A stretch of 64,000 nucleotides of DNA from an uncultured Methanosarcinaceae archaeon. Its GTDB lineage: Archaea > Halobacteriota > Methanosarcinia > Methanosarcinales > Methanosarcinaceae. Each line of letters starts with the position of its first letter. Position 1 is the stretch's first letter. Both the position numbers and the translations under genes were made by a program. The stretch lies in NCBI GenBank assembly GCA_963847185.1, contig CAWJYV010000007.1, forward strand, positions 416,001-480,000, given 5' to 3'. The notes under the pieces were generated by a model. The model was not told the DNA's origin, did no database searches, and saw nothing but the letters and a program-made list of their open reading frames with translations. This document shows positions 30,757 through 40,602 of this stretch, piece after piece.

Positions 30757-30869
30757 TTTTTGGCCTCAATAACGATTGTGATAATTAAAGCAACCCATCC
30801 CATAAAAATTATGAGTATTGCAGTTAAATTAAAAACCCTAAAAAAATATCAAAATTAATGGAAAAACAA

Positions 30870-31062
30870 ATGAAAACAGAACTTAATGTAATAAGAAGAA
30901 AGCCTGAGGGCATCTTAATCCCTTCACCGCGTTTCCCAACGCAGCCGCGTTGACGATATCTCCCATCTAAATATCGTAGAGCAAGGACCAGATAGACCTC
31001 AGGCAATTCTTTACTCCGCTCAATACTTCACTATTCGTTCATACCCTATTTCTTCCAGCTCC
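30870..31062 (-). ncRNA. Candidate structured non-coding RNA; strand and ends tentative
   Basis: GC-rich island. Stem GCCTGAGG (30902-30909)/CCTCAGGC (30997-31004) encloses hairpins CAACGC/GCGTTG and ACGATAT/ATATCGT. TATA-like sequence near 31090 and a T-rich tract downstream on the minus strand. Confidence 0.5.
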
Positions 31063-31280
31063 AAAGTATAGTGATAAAATAAATTATTTTAAATTAATTA
31101 CCTGAAAAATTGTTTGTGATCAAAAAATGCTTTCATGCAAAATATTTCAAAGCCAGCATAGGAAAGTATGAGATAAAATAACTTAAAAGGTATAATCTTC
31201 TAAAAAAACTCCGAAAATAATCCTAGTCTGGCACAAAAATTAAGTACATGAATTAATCTATTAGTAAAAGCTTAACATGC

Positions 31281-31353
31281 AGTCCTGTAGGGTAGTGGTC
31301 AATCCTTCGGGCCTTTGGAGCCCGGGACAGCGGTTCGAATCCGCTCAGGACTA
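31281..31353 (+). tRNA. tRNA-Gln (TTG)
   Basis: Acceptor stem AGTCCTG/CAGGACT, anticodon arm CGGGC-CTTTGGA-GCCCG, T-loop GTTCGAATC; CCA not encoded. Confidence 0.97.
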
Positions 31354-31418
31354 TAAAAATATTTTTTACAATTCCAATATGTTACAATAATTCTATCTTG
31401 TCATATAACTCTCTCTTA

Positions 31419-31658
31419 GAGCGTGTCTTAAAATTAAATTTGATTCTACCATTGGGACCAGATTTGCCCATTTGAACTGAAAAATGGTAGCATTAAACCG
31501 TTAAATGTCTAATATGTAAATTTTAACCATGACACCTAATGTATTTGGTTTTATACATCGAGCGAGCAAGTCCGATGTAATAAATTTACGGTCTAAGTTT
31601 AAAATCAACGATGCCTACTATCCAAATGTAGAAATGGTTTGAATTTTAAGACAGCCTC
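31419..31658. mobile_element. 240-bp MITE with IS5-family-like ends and 3-bp TTA target duplication
   Basis: TTA|GAGCGTGTCTTAAAATT ... AATTTTAAGACAGCCTC|TTA. Confidence 0.85.
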
Positions 31659-31767
31659 TTACATTATATTCGTTTTTTTGAAATAGTCTTAGGCAAGCTC
31701 GAGAAAGATTACAATAAGCTGTAGTGCCAGGAAAAGCTTATCACTTCGTATTAAAGATTTCTTGAAG

Positions 31768-31929
31768 ATGAAGCAGGGTATAGACTTATATAATAAATTA
31801 GTCAAGATAAAAACCACTGATAGGGATATTAAAATAGAAAGATATGTCCTGTGTAGGCTTGGTAATCTGGACGAGGCTATGAAATGTTTCGCAAGGGCCA
31901 AAGAATTTGAAGGAAATGAATTTTTCTGA
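31768..31929 (+). pseudogene. TPR-like gene remnant (53 aa)
   Basis: VLCRLGNLDEAMKCFARAKE resembles the TPR consensus. Confidence 0.4.
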
Positions 31930-31940
31930 ATTTGCCCCAA

Positions 31941-31998
31941 ACCCACTTTCTGCAGATGTCCTTACAATTTTCAAATTTTTCTTGCTATCGTTTTTCAG
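31941..31998. mobile_element. Orphan end related to the 19329-19571 element
   Basis: ACCCACTTTCTGCAG...TTTTCAAATTTTTCTTGCTATCG aligns with the reverse complement of ~19515-19571. Confidence 0.55.
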
Positions 31999-32371
31999 AT
32001 AACTGCATCTGTTATCTGCTATACTATTTTGTAAACGTTCTCTAATTTTCTACCTTTTGCCTTCAATGAATACTTTCAATTCCATTTCCCAAAGCTTCAG
32101 TTGAGACAATAAGCAGATATTTTTGAGTAATTCTCCAGAATCGGTAGCAAGAAAGATGTCGTTTTTTGAGAACATCTGTAGAATGTTGGATTCTTTTTCT
32201 TTCACCATAAAAAACAGGGTGTAGAGTCAGTGGTCAACATAGCCTCATTTATAAGAGATTATCTTCTCGATTAGAAGTACGGAATTCAGGGGGTACAAAC
32301 CCAAAATTATCTTAGGGTATATGAAAACTAAATATAGTTGTAATGTAAATATATTTTTGGAGTATTGAAAT

Positions 32372-32716
32372 ATGGCTATGCTATTAGTGCCATTACATGA
32401 ATTTTCAGACAATATTCTTCAACGGATTGATGAACGCGCACGAGTGAAAAACTACACTTATTGGTCTGACGTTTTTAGAGAGGTAATATACAAATGTTTT
32501 AATTTCAAACCAACGTGCAAAGATAGACCAGTGTATATGGTGCAGCTAAAGGATTACATCGCGGAAATAAATTCGTATAAACGTCATAAGGGTAATTACC
32601 TTGGTGTTGTTGTCGATGACGGACTAAAAGATAAACTTACCACATTAACTTCTCAACAAGCTAGTTCCTGGAATAGTCTCGCAATTAGGGCAGTTATACA
32701 AGAATTTTCCAGATAA
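32372..32716 (+). CDS. Hypothetical protein, possible tandem ribbon-helix-helix DNA-binding protein
   Basis: GGAG SD; two beta-helix-helix-like segments (LLVPL..LQRIDERAR..WSDVFREVI and LGVVVDDGLKDKL..WNSLAIRAVI). Confidence 0.6.
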   Translation: MAMLLVPLHEFSDNILQRIDERARVKNYTYWSDVFREVIYKCFNFKPTCKDRPVYMVQLKDYIAEINSYKRHKGNYLGVVVDDGLKDKLTTLTSQQASSWNSLAIRAVIQEFSR

Positions 32717-32825
32717 ACCGCCAATTTATTTTTTATGATTTCTTATGCTCCATTACAACGCTATCATGTAACTGTTTTATTTGTTTTGCTGGCAGCAGTA
32801 CTGATATTTATGTAAACCGGAGTAA

Positions 32826-33654
32826 TTACGCAATTTGAGATATTTCAGCCAGATCCTTCCGCATTTTCCTTTTCAATATCTTTTCGGAGATCCAGCCAAT
32901 AGCATTGTAAACAGGATTTACAGGTACATCTGCGTAATATTTCGCTTTCGGACTCAGCCAGCCTTTCTCTTTCCAATACTTGTAATCAGCAGGGGAGATC
33001 AGGCCCAACTCTCCAAAACTTGCTTTCTGGGCGTGAAAGATAAATACATCTCGAAGCCCCGGAGATTGGCGTTTTTTGTGAAGGGAATTGTAGAACTCAA
33101 GTGCAGCCTTTTCGAGCTTCCGGTTATTCTCCTTGCTCTTTCTTCTTCGGAATCTGCATAGGAGGGGTTACAAGACCAACCGAGTAAGCTACTTCAAAAC
33201 CCCATACACTGGCTACTAATTTGAGGTAATCGAGAGCTTCCTTGTTGCCCAGCGCGCCAGTGGTAGAGAGAAGAAGGGCTTTTTTATCGAAGAAACGGGG
33301 ACGATGGAAAATATAGGAGAAACGATCTACGAAAGTCTTCATGAGTGCAGAGACATTCATTCCATAGACAGGTGTAGCAAAGATTACCCCATCAGCAGAG
33401 TGCATCTTCTGCTCGATAACGAAGGCATTGTCTTTACAGGGACAGTGATCTTCTCCTTTTACAAAACAGACAAAGCAGCCGCGACACTGAGAAAGGTCAG
33501 CATCTTTGAGCATAAAGTACTCAAATTCAACATTACTCTTAGACCGTATAAACTCTTCTATTTTCTTCGCCGCTTGGTAAGTATTACCTTTTCGTGGGCT
33601 TCCCATGATAACCAGGATTTTCATGATTTCAAACCGTTCCCAGAGAGGAGCCAT
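32826..33654 (-). pseudogene. Flavodoxin-like/NADPH-dependent FMN reductase with a +1 frameshift near 33133
   Basis: GSPRKGNT, CRGCFVC and ATPVY. The shifted frame continues ENNRKLEKAALEFY...LGLISPADYKYWKEKGW into ORF 32826-33008. Confidence 0.82.
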
Positions 33655-33847
33655 TTCCCGATGACTTGAACTCTAAACTTTTGATATATTATTAACTATA
33701 TAAATAGAGTAGCTATATATTCCTTAAACAGGTATTTAATAAAGCGAAACAAGATCAGAAAAAAGGTTCAGTGCTTAATTTCTTTTGCTTAAAATATTTC
33801 TGCTTTTTATTTTTAAAAATTGTCAGGATCTTTCTGGGGGTGAAAAA

Positions 33848-35428
33848 ATTACTTCTTTGATATCTGAAAACGCAGGACCTGAAGAACTTGAGCCAATTGC
33901 AACGGCTGTACATTCCCTTGTTGGACTTCCGACCACAATCCGTAGCCTTAATCGAAAGGGGCTTCGTTTGGAAAATGGGAAAATCCTTGACCGGGAATAT
34001 ACAGGACCTGTACTTGAAGAGGTGCTCAGGGTTGGCAAGACTATAAGGGGAGTTCCGAAGGAAGGCACATATCTGGGCAGGAACGTAGCTGTTTCTCCCA
34101 TTTTCTCGGAGGACGGGAAGGTTATTGCTGCACTCGGGATTGTGGATTTGCTCTCTGTCCTTGAGATGCAGGAGATAATCAGGACAGTCGTAAATAACAG
34201 TCCAGCTGTGGTTTTTCTGTGGAAAACTGATGAAAAAAGGCCCTCTGAGTTTGTTTCTGAAAATGTAGTTCAGTTCGGGTATACAGTTGAGGACTTTATT
34301 TCAGGCAGAGTCCTGTACGGGGATATCATCCATTCCGACGACTTGAAAAGGGTCGAGGATTCACTCAAAGAGCGAATCAGGAGAGGTGGAGTAGATTTTG
34401 ATGCAGAATACAGGATCTTTACAAAAGCTGGCGACTTGCGGTGGGTGAATGAAAGGGCCTTTATCCAGCGAAATCCTGATGGGGAAGTGACTTACTTACA
34501 GGGGCTTGTACTGGATATAACCGAAAGAAAGGAGAACGAAGCGGCTCTCAGAAAGTCTTTTGAAACTCAGAAGCTGCTAAGAACTATAATTAACAACAGC
34601 CAGGCAGTAGCTTTTTTGTGGGAAAATAAAGCAAACATGCCTACTGTATACGTTTCGGAAAATGTAACTCAATTCGGATATACGGCCGAAGATTTCACTT
34701 CAGGTCAGATTTCTTATGAGAGTATTATTCACAGGGAAGATGTAGGCACAGTTATTGAAACTCTCAAACGCAACATCATAGAAAAGCAGGATTCTTTTGA
34801 TCTCGAATATCGAATTTTTACAGGAAATGGAAAAATTCTCTGGGTAGATGAGAAAACTTTCATTCAGAGAGATACTGAAGGCAGAGCTACCCATTTTCAG
34901 GGTCTTGTAGTTGACATTACTGAAAGAAAAGAAGCACAGAAAATGCTTGAAATCCAGCGAAAACTTGGAGTGGAACTGAGCAGTACATGGAATCTCCAAA
35001 CAATTCTCAACAAAGTTCTTGATGCTTGCCTCCAGATAAACGGGGTTAATGCTGGGGCAATCTACTTAAAGGACGAACTTCTGGACCAGATAAATCTTGT
35101 TGCGTCAAGGGGACTTTCTCCCGAATTTAAAGAAAAAGTTTCCAGATATAGGGCTGATTCCCTGGAGGCAAAACAAATCTGGATTGAAAAACCCATATAT
35201 TCGCTGGACTTCTACTCCGATACAATGAGTGATGCAGTAAAAAAAGAGGGAATAAAAGCTGTTGCCATAATCCCTCTGAAATACAGGGGAGAAGTTGTAG
35301 GCAGCCTTAACTTTGCTTCCCGTACTCTGGATAAGATTCCATGGAGTATCCGGAACTTCCTTGAGAGCGTTGCTCTTCAGGTGGTAAACTATATTGCTCC
35401 AGTCTGTATTCAGGCTGAACTATCCTGA
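33848..35428 (+). CDS. DUF2111-PAS-PAS-GAF sensor protein with no recognisable output domain
   Basis: N-terminus homologous to 57849-58232; two PAS/PAC repeats (IHSDD..EYRI..W..GLVLDITERK); C-terminal GAF (IPLKYRGEVVGSL). Start inferred from the SD; the ORF track gives 33785. Confidence 0.85.
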   Translation: MTSLISENAGPEELEPIATAVHSLVGLPTTIRSLNRKGLRLENGKILDREYTGPVLEEVLRVGKTIRGVPKEGTYLGRNVAVSPIFSEDGKVIAALGIVDLLSVLEMQEIIRTVVNNSPAVVFLWKTDEKRPSEFVSENVVQFGYTVEDFISGRVLYGDIIHSDDLKRVEDSLKERIRRGGVDFDAEYRIFTKAGDLRWVNERAFIQRNPDGEVTYLQGLVLDITERKENEAALRKSFETQKLLRTIINNSQAVAFLWENKANMPTVYVSENVTQFGYTAEDFTSGQISYESIIHREDVGTVIETLKRNIIEKQDSFDLEYRIFTGNGKILWVDEKTFIQRDTEGRATHFQGLVVDITERKEAQKMLEIQRKLGVELSSTWNLQTILNKVLDACLQINGVNAGAIYLKDELLDQINLVASRGLSPEFKEKVSRYRADSLEAKQIWIEKPIYSLDFYSDTMSDAVKKEGIKAVAIIPLKYRGEVVGSLNFASRTLDKIPWSIRNFLESVALQVVNYIAPVCIQAELS

Positions 35429-35840
35429 TAAAAATCATGAATTGAATAAAGCTTGTTCATGGCTTGAATAATTCCGAGTATGATCATTTTGTAGAATTAT
35501 CTACAAAGGCAGGCTCACAAAAAGAAGATCAAAGAGAGCAAGGTGAATTCTTACTCAGATTGCTCAGTCAGCAGCAAAAATCAGAAATAACTAAGATTAA
35601 CTTCTTTAACACTGATATAAATAATTTGTGATTTTACATTGATATGTAGGATAGAAAAATACGGTTAAATGTTGCTTATTCTCATGAATTTGTCCTGATA
35701 TAAGTCACTGCGTATCTTTTTTAAAATAAATAGGATATTTAATACTATTTTTTAAAAGTATCTGCGACTCTGATTGTTAGAGACTCTGGACAGAAAATAT
35801 ATATGCCGAGTTTTCACACTGTTTTTCGGGTGATACTATT

Positions 35841-36263
35841 ATGACCTTGAATATTGTAAACTCTGATACGAAAGTTGGTTCGACTTTCACCGGAATAGAA
35901 TGTATTGTTGAAGACTTGCCAGATAATTTTGTTATCATTGAGGAAAATTATGTTGATTCTCCAAAGGCAATGAATGATGAAGACATAAGGGAAGAGTCCA
36001 GAAGTCTGGCGAAGGCCGGTTATAAGGTGAATGTAGGTTCTGGAGCGAAGAGTCTTGATGTATATTTAAGTTCAAATAACAGTAATAATACTTTGAAGCT
36101 TACTGCCTACAGTCCTTCGAATCAAAAGATTGGAACAAAATCTGGTAAAGGTGAGATCGCCTATAATATCAAAAACAAAGGTGGGGGATTTATAGAAACA
36201 GGCAAATGGAAGTTTGAGGTCAGAGGGAGCTCTGTCACGTTTAAAGCTTACACGCATCAATAA
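35841..36263 (+). CDS. Hypothetical protein, possible PPC-like beta-sandwich domain
   Basis: GGGTGA SD; SLDVYL...LKLTAYSP...GKWKFEVRG. Confidence 0.65.
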   Translation: MTLNIVNSDTKVGSTFTGIECIVEDLPDNFVIIEENYVDSPKAMNDEDIREESRSLAKAGYKVNVGSGAKSLDVYLSSNNSNNTLKLTAYSPSNQKIGTKSGKGEIAYNIKNKGGGFIETGKWKFEVRGSSVTFKAYTHQ

Positions 36264-36423
36264 TAACTTGAATCTTGCTACTTATCCTTAAGCCGAAGCT
36301 CTCGAAATTTATAAAACATGTCTGACGGAAGTATAGAGATAGATTAATTCTCCATATAAAAGCAATGGCCAGGGTATCTCTGCAATAAGGAGCCTTGATG
36401 ATCAAGTTACGGGGAATCAGTCA

Positions 36424-37230
36424 GTGGAACTGAGGACTACACGTTTAATTTCTACGCATACTATTAAGCTTCAAAAGAAGCTTATTATTTGTTTTTTATT
36501 ATTTTTCTTTTTAACAGCAACAGCTGGAGCTACCGAATATAGTATGGAACCCATTCCAACTGATCAAGCCGGAGTCCCAATTGAAGGAGAAGAGGTGATA
36601 CCGCTCAAGGTTGTCGAAATACCTTACTGGCAGTTTCTGTTATGGCTGGCCACAGTACAGGTCTTAGCTGCAATTGACTTACTGTATCCTGGAAGGCTAA
36701 TTTTTGCAGTAGCAGGATATCGGATTGTAGGCCCTGTTAATGTACTTGACAATCCCAGCCGATCTAAAGTCTATACTTATATTAAAACCAGACCTGGAGC
36801 ATATATTAGTGAGATTGTAGAACAAATAGGCTTAGACAGAGGAACAGTGAAATATCATCTTAAAACCCTTAGAGCCAAGAGAAAAATCGAATCCTATAAA
36901 GACGGAGGGAAAATAAGATACTTCGAAAATCATTTTTCTTATAATGAGGATGAAAAAAAAGTTATTTCTGCCCTTCAAAACGTAACGAATCAAAGAATCG
37001 TTTCTGAAATAATGAATGAGAAATGTGAAACAAATGTGGCTCTCGCGCGTGAATTTGGAGTTTCCAGGGCTACAGTCAGCTGGTATATAAAAAACCTCAG
37101 AGAAGTTGGCCTTATATTGGAGAAGAAAGAAGGGAGAAGGACAATTTACAGAATAAATCAGTCCTATAAGCTCCTTGTTGAAAAACATGTGCAACAGATA
37201 CAGGATTCCTACAGTAAAGAGTGGGCTTAA
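36424..37230 (+). CDS. Membrane-anchored double winged-helix transcriptional regulator
   Basis: Signal/TM segments, then RSKVYTYIKTRPG...GTVKYHL and a second wHTH LAREFGVSRATVSWYIKNL. Confidence 0.88.
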   Translation: MELRTTRLISTHTIKLQKKLIICFLLFFFLTATAGATEYSMEPIPTDQAGVPIEGEEVIPLKVVEIPYWQFLLWLATVQVLAAIDLLYPGRLIFAVAGYRIVGPVNVLDNPSRSKVYTYIKTRPGAYISEIVEQIGLDRGTVKYHLKTLRAKRKIESYKDGGKIRYFENHFSYNEDEKKVISALQNVTNQRIVSEIMNEKCETNVALAREFGVSRATVSWYIKNLREVGLILEKKEGRRTIYRINQSYKLLVEKHVQQIQDSYSKEWA

Positions 37231-37970
37231 AGTTGGGCTTGTCCTTAGCGTCGCGTCAGCAGTAAATATTGTATAAAATCAATTAAAAATATTTAGAATA
37301 ATTCAATCTTTGAGGAGTGACGTGATATTAAGTTGAGAAGCTATATTGCTTCAGTCTGCATCCAAGTGTGCTTATCGTTATTTTTTGTAAACTGAAGTTT
37401 ACTGATTTCCACTCTTTTTTATCTTACATCTTTAGAATCTAGTGAGAGTAAAAGATAACATTTGTTATTCAAATAATCAGGACTAAATATAAAATTAAAA
37501 CTCTTCTTTCACAGCAACTATGAAGCCCATCAAAAACTTGGTTTTTTAGGATGAGCTGGGTGTAGATTTGCTGAATTGGTCGGCAAGTGGATTTTTATTA
37601 TTTTTTCAAGGACTTTGCTCTCTCTTCAGAGCATACTAAGAAAAATAGTCGCCAGTAGTCCTTTTAAAATAGTCCTAGGGAACGATGTCTGAAATAGAGA
37701 AATCAATAAGATTCCTATACCTTCCTTGGGACTGTCTATAAAATCTTTCCAATATCTGAAAATTCAGAAAATCTCTCCTTCTAAAGAAATCGTGCGTGGA
37801 ATTCTGGCTCTTGCAAAAAAGGCTTCAGAAAATAATGGCCCTCCTCCTGGAGAGAGGTGTATTCCATATCAATGTTTCTCTTACCGAAGTCAGGTTCAGA
37901 AATTGATCTACTTTGATCAAATTCCATAGTTAAAGTTTCAAATTTATGAATTTTTTCCTGATTTTTCTTA

Positions 37971-38306
37971 TTAATTTCTACTTGCCGGTTGCAGAGATAC
38001 TACTTCAATGATGTTAAAGGATTTACCGAAAATATCTTTTCTTTCACCCAACAAACCAATAACCGTAACAAAATCGTCAACATCTGGTGTATATCCATTC
38101 CAAGATTGATTATTAGAAAAACAATGACCATTAATTGTGAAATAATAGTATTTTCCATTCACTGAAACCGCATAAGCTACGCCTGGTAAACAGGGTACGG
38201 TGGTACAGGGATTTTCAATAAGTAGATATCTCCCTGTAATTGTATCAAAGTTTTTTTTGTTAGATCCCATAATTACACACCTTTTCAACTTTAGGTCGTT
38301 TACCAT
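37971..38306 (-). CDS. Hypothetical protein (NPCTTVPCLPG motif, beta-rich)
   Basis: 111-aa ORF downstream of and co-oriented with the C25 protease. Confidence 0.6.
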   Translation of the reverse strand: MVNDLKLKRCVIMGSNKKNFDTITGRYLLIENPCTTVPCLPGVAYAVSVNGKYYYFTINGHCFSNNQSWNGYTPDVDDFVTVIGLLGERKDIFGKSFNIIEVVSLQPASRN

Positions 38307-38499
38307 TATGCGGTTGGTATTTTAGGATTCAGATTCCAATTCTAGAAATGCCTGCTTTTTGTGCATAAATCATGTCTACCTTAATCATACTGAATTGCAA
38401 AAATGATATGTTGAGACATTAAGAATGTTTTTGGGAAAATAACGTCAACCAACTAATTGTCTACGACCTGAAAATAGCTAAATGCCATAAAAATTAGGT

Positions 38500-38524
38500 G
38501 CCCTCAACAATATCAATTGAGGGC
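38500..38524 (-). terminator. Hairpin GCCCTCAA/TTGAGGGC downstream of the C25 protease
   Basis: 8-bp inverted repeat followed by a T-tract on the minus strand. Confidence 0.5.
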
Positions 38525-38556
38525 GTCTTATCTAGGGGAAATTTCTAACCTCTCAC

Positions 38557-40170
38557 TTACACTTTATAGGTAAAGTATCGCCAGTCACTCCATGGACAGA
38601 TTATATTACCAACTTTGGCACGTACGCGCCAGCGACCTCTCTGTGCTCCAACAAACATGTGTTCGTAGTTATTATCATTAAGTGCTCCTGAAACAAGCCA
38701 AGTAAAACCTCCTTCCGCCGCCCACTTCCCTGCAACACGAGCGCCGAAGGCATCAATCTCAATATTGTAAGTGACATTACTCAGACCGATCGGATCCCAT
38801 CTCATATTAGTCAGGCGTGGGTAGTGATCAAAAATGTCTCCTTCAAACGGGTCACGCAGAGTGGGTACGACACCACTCCACCAATTGATTGTAGGATCCC
38901 CTAGAAGCACCATTCCATAGAACCACTGCCGATCCCCTAGATCATGTGTATTGCCAAGAGCTTTCCACCAGTCGACGTAGGCATCGCCGATACCCTTTCC
39001 TGATCCCATTGGGCCATAGAAATTCTCAAATGCCAGCATCGAGCCAGTTTTTGCACTTCCAACAGCAGCAAGTCCATTGCATACCGAACCGCCATTTTTA
39101 TTGAAAATATACCATCCTGCCATATAGTCAGGTTGCGTAAAAAGGGCGTTACTACAGGCGAAAAGATTATAGAAATAGGCATTTGGTGGGTTGACATCAC
39201 GCAAATAGCTGTTTGCAACCCATTCAGAACCATTAGGCGTCTTGAACGAATGACCTGCTGGGTTAGAGTGAGCGCAAATATGAGCCCAGGCACGGTGTTG
39301 ATTAATTTCTGCCTTGTATCGATCTCCATCTGTAGTTGCAGGGTCCGTAATAACTTCGATATTTGATCCCGGGAACATCATGTCTAACGCACAATCGCCA
39401 AAGCCAGTCCAATCATCATCTACATAGGCAATAGCGCGGTTGGAATAGCTGAATTGACCTTTCCGGAACATGTGGTTGCGGGTGAAATAATTATTGAGCA
39501 GAGAGGCATCGTTGCCGTTTGCAGAGGGTGTCCACAAGCGTCCAATCCATATTTCAGGTTCAAGTCCTGAAGGATGTTCACTGAATTTGCCATCATTATC
39601 TTGGTCATTCCAAGTTCCATTAAGATCCATGTAATACAGGTCGCAAGGGAATTCAGAGTGAGCGCCATAAAAGTCATCATCCATTTCAAACCACGCCGTA
39701 GGGAGACTGCCTACCAAAAGAACGCCGACAATTGGAAGTTTGCTTTTAATATAATTTCGTAGCTCCATCGGAGTACCATTTTTTACTCGAAAAGCCGTTG
39801 CGAAATAACCTTCGTAGGCTACATCCTTAATATATTGGTCCATTGACGTTTTGATTAAAGGATAAAGGTCATAATTGACTAAGATCAGCATCTTCCCCTT
39901 CACGAAATGCTGTGCTGAATAGTTCTGCAAATATCTAAGATCTGAAGAAAATGTCGGCCTTGTTTGCTCTTCCGTCTCAAGTGCAGACGGTGGAATAAGA
40001 CGCCGATACTGAGCAAAAGTCTGAGGTGGCTGCCTATCCTTATTTATATACTCCAAATTACGAACGTTTCTATAGTTAATCTTGAAGGAACGCAATTGTT
40101 GGACTTTGTCAAGGTTTAGTTTCGAAAACTGATTAGTCATTGAAATTCTCCTGTTCATGAATTTGTTCAT
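38557..40170 (-). CDS. Peptidase C25 (gingipain-like, clan CD) protein with a C-terminal FN3-like domain
   Basis: VLLVG, DLYYMDL, PEIWIGRL, His motif ICAHSN, Cys motif LFACSN and LLGDPT. Confidence 0.78.
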   Translation of the reverse strand: MNKFMNRRISMTNQFSKLNLDKVQQLRSFKINYRNVRNLEYINKDRQPPQTFAQYRRLIPPSALETEEQTRPTFSSDLRYLQNYSAQHFVKGKMLILVNYDLYPLIKTSMDQYIKDVAYEGYFATAFRVKNGTPMELRNYIKSKLPIVGVLLVGSLPTAWFEMDDDFYGAHSEFPCDLYYMDLNGTWNDQDNDGKFSEHPSGLEPEIWIGRLWTPSANGNDASLLNNYFTRNHMFRKGQFSYSNRAIAYVDDDWTGFGDCALDMMFPGSNIEVITDPATTDGDRYKAEINQHRAWAHICAHSNPAGHSFKTPNGSEWVANSYLRDVNPPNAYFYNLFACSNALFTQPDYMAGWYIFNKNGGSVCNGLAAVGSAKTGSMLAFENFYGPMGSGKGIGDAYVDWWKALGNTHDLGDRQWFYGMVLLGDPTINWWSGVVPTLRDPFEGDIFDHYPRLTNMRWDPIGLSNVTYNIEIDAFGARVAGKWAAEGGFTWLVSGALNDNNYEHMFVGAQRGRWRVRAKVGNIICPWSDWRYFTYKV

Positions 40171-40497
40171 AATCCCCCCTTTATTTGATTGATGCTTTTA
40201 TGGTTAAGTTCCAGTGTAACGACCGCCTGTTTTTATCTGTCCAGAATTTTGTTTCTAGTTAATCTAAATGCTGAACATAAAGGAAGTTTGGAAATTTTGG
40301 GACTCATAATTAGTATCAACCAAATAATGAAGGTATAATCAACGTCTATTGAGAAGCAAATCTGAAAGTATAAGCAATTTTTAAACTGTGAAGATTTACC
40401 TCTTTTAGGATCGGAGCTTATTCAAGGTTAGAGTTCAATCGTTCTCCTAGTATCCTTTTTAACTCCAGAGATTACTACTTTTACAAGAGAATATGAT

Positions 40498-40602
40498 TTT
40501 TGTGTCCAAAGTCTCTAACAATTAACACATTAAATAATATTATAAAAAATCGAATTTAAATTCAAACTTTGCTTCTGATTGTTAGAAACCTTGGACATAA
40601 AA
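40498..40602. mobile_element. 105-bp element with 25-bp imperfect terminal inverted repeats (MITE-like)
   Basis: TTTTGTGTCCAAAGTCTCTAACAAT / ATTGTTAGAAACCTTGGACATAAAA, 22 of 25 complementary. Confidence 0.6.

Noticed and set aside
31800-32210. Minus-strand frame with an internal TAG (MVKEKESN...GKR*KIRER...)
   Set aside because: No recognisable family and it runs through an IS-like end; more likely debris than a Pyl protein
31281-40600. Intact integrated element at tRNA-Gln
   Set aside because: No integrase or att repeat seen, and typical host genes resume at 32826
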